Below, one piece after another: positions 26,863 through 32,000 of a stretch of 32,000 nucleotides of DNA. Made by a program: the position numbers and the translations under genes. The notes under the pieces were generated by a model. It was not told the origin of the DNA. It did not search any database and worked only from the letters and a program-made list of their open reading frames with translations. Every line of letters starts with the position of its first letter. Position 1 is the first letter of the stretch. Source of the DNA: Paracoccus suum (lineage in GTDB: Bacteria > Pseudomonadota > Alphaproteobacteria > Rhodobacterales > Rhodobacteraceae); contig NZ_CP030918.1 in the NCBI RefSeq assembly GCF_003324675.1, forward strand, positions 3,218,999 to 3,250,998, read 5' to 3'.

Positions 26863-27801
26863 TCAGCGATAGATGAAAGTCTGCGGCTCTTCGCCTTGGC
26901 GCGCGGTGCCGCGATACATGCCCTCGCAATTGAAGGGCATGGCAATATTGCCGTAACGGTCCACGGCGATCAGGCCGCCCGAGCCGTCATTGGGCATCAG
27001 ATCCTCCATCACCACCGCGGTTGCCGCTTGTTCCAGCGTCTGGCCGGCATGGCGCATGCGGGCGGCGATCTCGGCCGCGGCGGTCCAGCGGATGAAGACC
27101 TCGCCATGGCCGGTGGCAGAGATCGCGCAGGTCGCGTTGTCGGCGAATGTGCCCGCACCGATGATCGGCGCATCGCCGATGCGGCCCGGAGCTTTGGCCG
27201 TCATGCCGCCGGTCGAGGTCGCGGCGGCGAGGTTGCCCGACAGGTCCAGCGCAACCGCGCCGACCGTGCCATGGCGACGGGCCGGGTCGGTCTCGACCTC
27301 CCCCGACGCGCGCAGGGCGAGCGTTTCCTGCAGGGCGGTCCAGCGCGCCTCGGTAAAGAAATAATCGCGATCGCCAAACGGCAGGCCGGCCTCGCGCGCC
27401 AGTTCGATCGCGGGGGCGCCCGCCAGCATTACCTGCGGGCTGTCCATGACGAGACGCGCGACCCGGATCGGGTTCTTGGGGCCAAAGATGCCGGCCACCG
27501 CACCCGCCTGCCGGTCGCGGCCGTCCATGACGGCGGCGTCCATTTCCTGCTCACCTGCCGCGGTATAGACCGCGCCGCGCCCTGCGTTGAACAGCGGCTC
27601 ATCCTCGAGCACGACCACCGCCGCCGTCACGGCATCAATAGCGCTACCGCCGTCCTGCAAAACGGCCTGTCCAGCCTCAAGCACGCGGTGCAGGGCAGCA
27701 TGATAGGCGGCCTCCTTTTCCGGCGTCACTTTGCTGCGCAAGATCGTGCCCGCGCCGCCGTGAACCGCCAGTGCCCAGGTGGGTTTGTCCGAAGTCGTCA
27801 T
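26863..27801 (-). CDS. iaaA: Isoaspartyl peptidase / L-asparaginase (Ntn hydrolase, IaaA type)
   Basis: LAVHGGAGT N-terminus and the autoprocessing site HGTVGAVALD. The ATG overlaps the stop of the upstream gene (ATGA 27798-27801). Confidence 0.92.
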   Translation of the reverse strand: MTTSDKPTWALAVHGGAGTILRSKVTPEKEAAYHAALHRVLEAGQAVLQDGGSAIDAVTAAVVVLEDEPLFNAGRGAVYTAAGEQEMDAAVMDGRDRQAGAVAGIFGPKNPIRVARLVMDSPQVMLAGAPAIELAREAGLPFGDRDYFFTEARWTALQETLALRASGEVETDPARRHGTVGAVALDLSGNLAAATSTGGMTAKAPGRIGDAPIIGAGTFADNATCAISATGHGEVFIRWTAAAEIAARMRHAGQTLEQAATAVVMEDLMPNDGSGGLIAVDRYGNIAMPFNCEGMYRGTARQGEEPQTFIYR

Positions 27802-28712
27802 GCCCGTGTCTCCAATCCAGCCTCACGCGCGCAGTGGCGGGCGATATCGGCGTGCGTTGCGACCCAGCAATCACCCTTTTCCGCGATCCGCTTCAACAGC
27901 TCTTCGAGGATGAAGATGCGCGAGCGGTAGCCCGTCACATGCGGATGCATGGTCAGCAGGAACAATCCGCCCTCGGCATAGGCGCCCTCGAACTCGCGCA
28001 GAAAGATGTCCAGAACTGCGGAGGGCGGCGTATAGGGCCGTGCGCCCCCGAAACGATTCATTGACAGGTAAGGCGCATCGTCGCGAATCCACTCGACCGG
28101 CAGTTCGACAATGCCGGTTGGGCGGCCATTGTTCAGGATCTCATAGGGATCGTCGTCCGCGAAAAGCGAGCTGTCGTAGACCAGCCCCAATTCCTCGGCG
28201 ATGCCCAGCGTGGCGGGGCTATAATCCCACGAGCAAGTGCGCATGCCCACCGGCCGAACTCCGGTGACACGCTCCAGCGTGTCGGCGGCGCGCAGCATCA
28301 ACTCGCGCTCCTGCGCCGGGGGGACCTGTGTGTTGACCTCGTGGATCCAGCCGTGCAGCGCGACCTCGTGTCCGTCGTCCACCAGCGCCTTCTGCTCGTC
28401 GGGGTGCAGCTCGGCAGAGACACCGGGGACAAAGAAGCTGGCCTTGGCGCCAAACCGGTCCAGCACCGCGCGAAGCCGGGGAACGCCGCGCCGGGTGCCA
28501 TATTCGCCCCATGACAGGCGCCCGATGGACTTGCCGCCGTCGCGCAATTCGTTGGTCTCGTGGTCGCTGTCAAAGCTGAGGGCCACGGCGCAGCGCGCGC
28601 CGTCCGGCCAACTGGTCGGCTTGAGCGAGCGGCCGGCGCGAATGAACTCGACCAACCCGCGCCAGGTTGGCTCGTCCCAGGAATAGGGTGGCGTATCGGG
28701 GGCAAGGCTCAT
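27798..28712 (-). CDS. Polysaccharide deacetylase (NodB-fold) family protein, substrate unknown
   Basis: ALSFDSDHE (Asp motif) and ALHGWIH (His motif). Overall layout resembles the PuuE-like cytoplasmic members; 304 aa. Confidence 0.83.
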   Translation of the reverse strand: MSLAPDTPPYSWDEPTWRGLVEFIRAGRSLKPTSWPDGARCAVALSFDSDHETNELRDGGKSIGRLSWGEYGTRRGVPRLRAVLDRFGAKASFFVPGVSAELHPDEQKALVDDGHEVALHGWIHEVNTQVPPAQERELMLRAADTLERVTGVRPVGMRTCSWDYSPATLGIAEELGLVYDSSLFADDDPYEILNNGRPTGIVELPVEWIRDDAPYLSMNRFGGARPYTPPSAVLDIFLREFEGAYAEGGLFLLTMHPHVTGYRSRIFILEELLKRIAEKGDCWVATHADIARHCAREAGLETRA

Positions 28713-28736
28713 CCGGGCTATCCTTCAGCGAAAGCT

Positions 28737-28764
28737 GCCGGCACGGGACCTTGTCCCGGCCGGC
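28737..28764 (-). other. Intercistronic GC-rich hairpin downstream of the SBP gene
   Basis: GCCGGC-AC-GGGAC-CTT-GTCCC-G-GCCGGC in the 95-nt gap between the SBP stop and the deacetylase start. No U-tract. Such hairpins commonly stabilise the SBP segment of ABC operon mRNAs. Confidence 0.4.
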
Positions 28765-28807
28765 GTGGTTGCGATGCCCCGGCGCGATGTCCGCCCCGGG
28801 GTTATGG

Positions 28808-30388
28808 TTACTTAACGGGATGGACATCCATGGCCACGGTGTCCTCGTCCGCGCGCGGATCATAGGTCACCTTGTCGGCCTTCATGCCCCAAGCCGACAC
28901 GTTGATCGCCAAGGGCAGGTCGGGACGCTCGGTCGCGACCAGCATGTTGGCTTCCTCCAGCAGGGACCGGCGCTTGGCCTCGTCCATCTCGGCGGCGGCA
29001 GCCTCGATCAGCTCGTCCATCTTGGGATTGGAATAGCCGCGCACGTTGAACGCGCCCTGCGATTTCTCCGGCTCGTTGGTGTGCATCAGGGCGGACAACG
29101 TGTAGTTCGCCTCGCCGGTCAGCGTCGCCCAGGACGCCATGTAGAGCGAGTATTCGCCGCGTGTCTTTGCCGGGTTGAACACCGTCGCGGGAACGCCCTG
29201 CACGTCCACCGTCACGTCGATGGCGGCCAGCAGCTGGGCGATGGTCGGCCCCAACTCGGTCGGCATGCGGTCGTTGGCGTAGGCCAGCGTGACCTTGAAG
29301 CCATCGGGATAGCCCGCTTCGGCCATCAGCGCGCGGGCACGGTCCACGTCAAAGACCGGCGCGGGGATGTCCTTGTTATAGCCAAAGACGGTGGGCGTCA
29401 CGAGCTGTGTCGCCGGCACGCCCATGCCCTCCAGCGCGAACTCGATGATAGTCTCGCGGTCGAGCGCCAGGTCGAACGCCTCGCGCACGCGCGGGTCGAG
29501 GAAGGGGTTCTTGGCCATCTTCTTGCCGGCGTTGTCCCAGACCTGCGGCGTATCCTCGCGGAAGTCGAACTCGAGATAGGGGATGAAGGCCGAGGGGTTC
29601 TTGACCACCTTGAAGGCGCCGTTCTGCTCGACCTTGGCAAGGTCGGTCGCCGGGATTTTCGAGATCAGATCGACCTGCCCCGCGAGCAACTGCGCGACGC
29701 GTGCGGCGTCGTTCGGGATCTCCTTGCGGGTCACCTTGTCCCAGGGCTGGACGCCGCCCCAGTAGCCGTCGAACTTTTCCAGCACCAGGTCCTGGGTCGG
29801 GGCCCAGCTGACGAACTTGTAGGGGCCGGTGCCGATGGCCGCCTTGCCCGAGTTGAAGCCCTCGGCCGAGGTTTCCTTGGTCGAGAAATCCGCCGCCGCG
29901 GTGTGCGAGACGATGAACAGGCGCACGAAATCGTTCGGCAGCGTCGGCGCCGGGCCTTCGGTCTTGATGCGGATCGTGTGCGGATCCACGATCTCGACGC
30001 CCGCCACGCGGCGGACATAGACAGTCGTCGGGTTAGGACCGGTGACGTTTGGAATGCGCTCGATCGAGAACTTGACGTCCTCGGCGGTAAAGTCCGAGCC
30101 GTCGTGGAATTTCACGCCCTCGCGCAGCTTGAATTCCCAGGTGGTGTCGTCGACCGCCTTCCACTCGGTGGCCAGCATCGGCTCGACCTGCAGGTCGTTG
30201 CCGGACTTCAGCAGCGTGTCAAAGACCTGCTTGGTCGCCTCGGCATTGGCCGAGGTCGCGGTGAAATGGGGGTCCATCGAGGCCGGCCCCGACTTGGTCG
30301 CGATGACCAGATCGTCGGCCAGCACCGGCAGCGGCACCGCGAGCGCGGTGGCAAGTAGGATTGCACGAAGCGTTGGGGTCATTTTCAT
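28808..30388 (-). CDS. ABC transporter substrate-binding protein, family 5 (peptide/nickel/opine type)
   Basis: Signal peptide MKMTPTLRAILLATALAVPLPVLA. The mature part has the DppA/OppA-like layout (SMDPHF..., FKLREGVKFHDGS). Strong SD GGGAGGGA. Confidence 0.92.
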   Translation of the reverse strand: MKMTPTLRAILLATALAVPLPVLADDLVIATKSGPASMDPHFTATSANAEATKQVFDTLLKSGNDLQVEPMLATEWKAVDDTTWEFKLREGVKFHDGSDFTAEDVKFSIERIPNVTGPNPTTVYVRRVAGVEIVDPHTIRIKTEGPAPTLPNDFVRLFIVSHTAAADFSTKETSAEGFNSGKAAIGTGPYKFVSWAPTQDLVLEKFDGYWGGVQPWDKVTRKEIPNDAARVAQLLAGQVDLISKIPATDLAKVEQNGAFKVVKNPSAFIPYLEFDFREDTPQVWDNAGKKMAKNPFLDPRVREAFDLALDRETIIEFALEGMGVPATQLVTPTVFGYNKDIPAPVFDVDRARALMAEAGYPDGFKVTLAYANDRMPTELGPTIAQLLAAIDVTVDVQGVPATVFNPAKTRGEYSLYMASWATLTGEANYTLSALMHTNEPEKSQGAFNVRGYSNPKMDELIEAAAAEMDEAKRRSLLEEANMLVATERPDLPLAINVSAWGMKADKVTYDPRADEDTVAMDVHPVK

Positions 30389-30403
30389 GGGTTCCCTCCC
30401 GGG

Positions 30404-31099
30404 TTAAGAATGCACTGCCGGCTCGGCGCCGGTCTTTTCCGTCTGTTGGGCCGCAGGCTCGTCCTCGCCGGCCGGCTCGTCGCCGAACGTTTGCGACCAG
30501 CCCCCCGAGGCCGAGACCAGTTTCGTCAGGATCTCGGACAGGATCAGCCGTTCGGCGGGGCTGAGGCAGTCCAGCATCTGGCGTTCCTGCGCCAGCATGT
30601 CGTCCTTGACTGACTCGACCGCCTGGCGCCCCTTTTCTGTCAGGTGCAGGGTGATGCGCCGCTGATCCTCGGCATCGTCCTTGCGCTCGATCAGGCCGAG
30701 GCGATGGACCTTGTTGGCGGCGCGGCTGAGCGTGTTCTTGGGAAAACCCGAGGCGCGCACGACATCGGTCTGTACCGAGGGGCCGCCCAGATAGAGCGAC
30801 CACAGCACGACGAACTCGGGACGCAGCAGACCCAGACGGCTCTGGATCATGCCGTAGACCGGATTGTTGAAATGCAGCGCCAGGTAATTCAGCCGGTAGG
30901 AAAACCAGCAAGGGTTCCCCCATAGCCGCGGCCGCAGAGGACTGTCCTCGGGGATGCCATCGACGGTCTGCGGCACGTCACGGCCAGCCCGGCCTTCGTA
31001 GATGGACTGCCGTGTCACATCGTCTGCAAGCATGCCTGCGCTTTTCCCAAGCAGTTCCATATGGAACCGTAGGCGCAGGAAATCCCTTGCGTCAATCAT
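30404..31099 (-). CDS. MarR family transcriptional regulator with ~60-aa N-terminal extension and acidic C-terminal tail
   Basis: Winged-helix core LRPEFVVLWSLYLGGPSVQTDVVRASGFPKNTLSRAANKVHRLGLIERKDDAEDQRRITLHLTEKG. ATG 31099 preceded by AAGGAA. Its stop is 15 nt upstream of the SBP start. Confidence 0.85.
   Translation of the reverse strand: MIDARDFLRLRFHMELLGKSAGMLADDVTRQSIYEGRAGRDVPQTVDGIPEDSPLRPRLWGNPCWFSYRLNYLALHFNNPVYGMIQSRLGLLRPEFVVLWSLYLGGPSVQTDVVRASGFPKNTLSRAANKVHRLGLIERKDDAEDQRRITLHLTEKGRQAVESVKDDMLAQERQMLDCLSPAERLILSEILTKLVSASGGWSQTFGDEPAGEDEPAAQQTEKTGAEPAVHS
31054..31071. promoter_or_regulatory. Candidate operator 1: GTTCCATATGGAACCGTA (contains a perfect 14-bp palindrome)
   Basis: Lies in codons 10-16 of marR. 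17 of 18 positions are identical to the second copy, 53 bp away. Confidence 0.5.
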
Positions 31100-31106
31100 A
31101 TTTGTT

Positions 31107-31124
31107 GTTCCTTATGGAACCGTA
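31107..31124. promoter_or_regulatory. Candidate operator 2: GTTCCTTATGGAACCGTA (GTTCC-N4-GGAAC dyad)
   Basis: Lies in the marR/creatininase divergent intergenic region. It overlaps the marR SD on the minus strand and sits between possible -35 (TTGTTG) and -10 (TAATTA) elements facing the creatininase gene. Confidence 0.5.
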
Positions 31125-31193
31125 ATTAGACTGGCGGGAATATCCGGCCGGGCGGACCACCGCTGCCGTCAGGCCGGAATCGAAGGGGAAGTG

Positions 31194-31895
31194 ATGCGAA
31201 TTCAGGACATGAACTGGGGTCAGGTCGAGGCGCGTGTCGCGCAGGACGACCGCTGCGTAGTGCCCCTCGGCTCGATCGAGCAGCACGCCTACCTCAGCCT
31301 CGCCACGGACATGATCTTGGCCGAGCGCGTGTCGGTCGATGCGGCCCAGCCGACCGGCGTTCCTGTCTTTCCGTGCCTGCCTTATGGAATGGCCGCCGGC
31401 TTTGCGGCCTTTCCGGGCACGGTGACGCTGAGGCTGCGCACCTACCTGGCGGTGGTCGAGGACTTGCTGGACAGCGTTTATCGGGCCGGCTTTCGTCGAA
31501 TCCTGCTCGTCAACGGGCATGGCGGCAACACGCCGGTGAACCCGCTGCTGGCCGAATGGATGAACGAACGCCGCGATGCCTCGGTCAAGCTGCACGACTG
31601 GTGGCGCGCGCCCAGGACCATGGCCAAGGTCGTGGCAACCGACCCCGCCGCCTCGCATGCGAGCTGGATGGAAAACTTCCCCTGGACCCGGCTGGAGGGC
31701 GCGACCGTCCCGAACTTCAGCAAGGAACGCATCGATTTTGCCGCTACCGCGCGAGTCGATGCCTGGCGCAAGCGCGAGCGCATCGCCGAGGGCAACTATC
31801 ACGGCGTCTTCCAGCGCCCGGACGCGGACATGTTGGCGATCTGGCAGGTCGCCGTCGACGAGACGCGGCACGAAATCGAACACGGCTGGCACTGA
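31194..31895 (+). CDS. Creatininase (creatinine amidohydrolase / MftE) family protein
   Basis: PLGSIEQHAYLSLATD and LLVNGHGGN metal-binding motifs. ATG 31194 follows GAAGGGGAA; the upstream ORF extension overlaps marR and was rejected. Confidence 0.9.
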   Translation: MRIQDMNWGQVEARVAQDDRCVVPLGSIEQHAYLSLATDMILAERVSVDAAQPTGVPVFPCLPYGMAAGFAAFPGTVTLRLRTYLAVVEDLLDSVYRAGFRRILLVNGHGGNTPVNPLLAEWMNERRDASVKLHDWWRAPRTMAKVVATDPAASHASWMENFPWTRLEGATVPNFSKERIDFAATARVDAWRKRERIAEGNYHGVFQRPDADMLAIWQVAVDETRHEIEHGWH

Positions 31896-31920
31896 CAGCA
31901 CAGTCCCGAGGGGGGGGCCG

Positions 31921-32000
31921 ATGGCAGCTTTTATCATCCGCAGGATCGCCCAGGCGCTGGTCGTGCTGTTGATCATGTCGGTGCTGGTCTTTGCCGGCGT
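31921..32000 (+). CDS. ABC transporter permease, DppB/OppB type, 3'-truncated by the window edge
   Basis: My own translation gives MAAFIIRRIAQALVVLLIMSVLVFAG, the stereotyped N-terminus of peptide-type ABC permeases. Starts 25 nt after the creatininase stop, behind a G-rich SD. Confidence 0.75.
   Translation, partial: MAAFIIRRIAQALVVLLIMSVLVFAG

Noticed and set aside
28667-30358. 563-aa plus-strand ORF. Similar long ORFs occur at 6305-7840 (-), 7614-9146 (+), 9004-9870 (-), 9734-10909 (-), 12158-13174 (-), 13942-15132 (+), 23868-24944 (+), 26896-27930 (+) and 31092-31976 (-).
   Set aside because: All are antisense or out of frame to genes with clear family motifs. All are Arg/Gly/Pro/Ala-dominated. 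They are high-GC shadow ORFs, not overlapping genes.
26661-32000. Possibility that the tRNA-adjacent cluster is a mobile genomic island.
   Set aside because: There is no integrase, transposase or conjugation gene, and no visible direct repeat of the tRNA 3' end. Codon and GC style look like the rest of the window. It is kept only as a low-interest boundary observation.

Overview
High-GC alphaproteobacterial chromosome segment; G+C was judged by eye, not computed. The radA-cvpA-purF and xseA/purD synteny, a Paracoccus/Rhodobacter-like GroEL and a family II Mn-pyrophosphatase point to Rhodobacteraceae/Paracoccaceae. I call about 31 protein genes and one tRNA. Most are core housekeeping: radA, cvpA, purF, ftsY, xseA, purD, prs, ltaE, ycgN, ribF, ppaC, groES/groEL with a perfect CIRCE operator, efp, gltX and tRNA-CAT. 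Genes are tightly packed, with five ATGA start/stop overlaps and one 28-nt convergent 3' overlap. I found no transposase, integrase, CRISPR array, toxin-antitoxin pair, phage gene or recognisable defence system, and I cannot point to a clear-cut novel system. The many 100-600 aa ORFs antisense to real genes are typical high-GC shadow ORFs. Four things deserve a second look. (1) The tRNA-proximal locus at 26.8-32 kb is a MarR regulator with two near-identical palindromic sites, a peptide-type ABC importer and three different unusual-amide hydrolases (creatininase family, NodB fold, isoaspartyl peptidase). (2) A secreted PRC-barrel protein carries five 33-nt (11-residue) LEA-like repeats and poly-Thr modules, behind a GGAAC-N18-CGTT ECF-like motif. 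(3) A 65-aa Pro/Ala/Lys-rich ORF sits behind a roughly 220-nt leader. (4) Several uncharacterised pairings stand out: DUF1345 with TraB/GumN next to groESL, a DUF1025 zincin overlapping a PfkB kinase, a HAD-IIA gene upstream of ribF, and a dehalogenase-like hydrolase coupled to purD. All functional calls rest on motifs I recognise in the translations; no database search was run.
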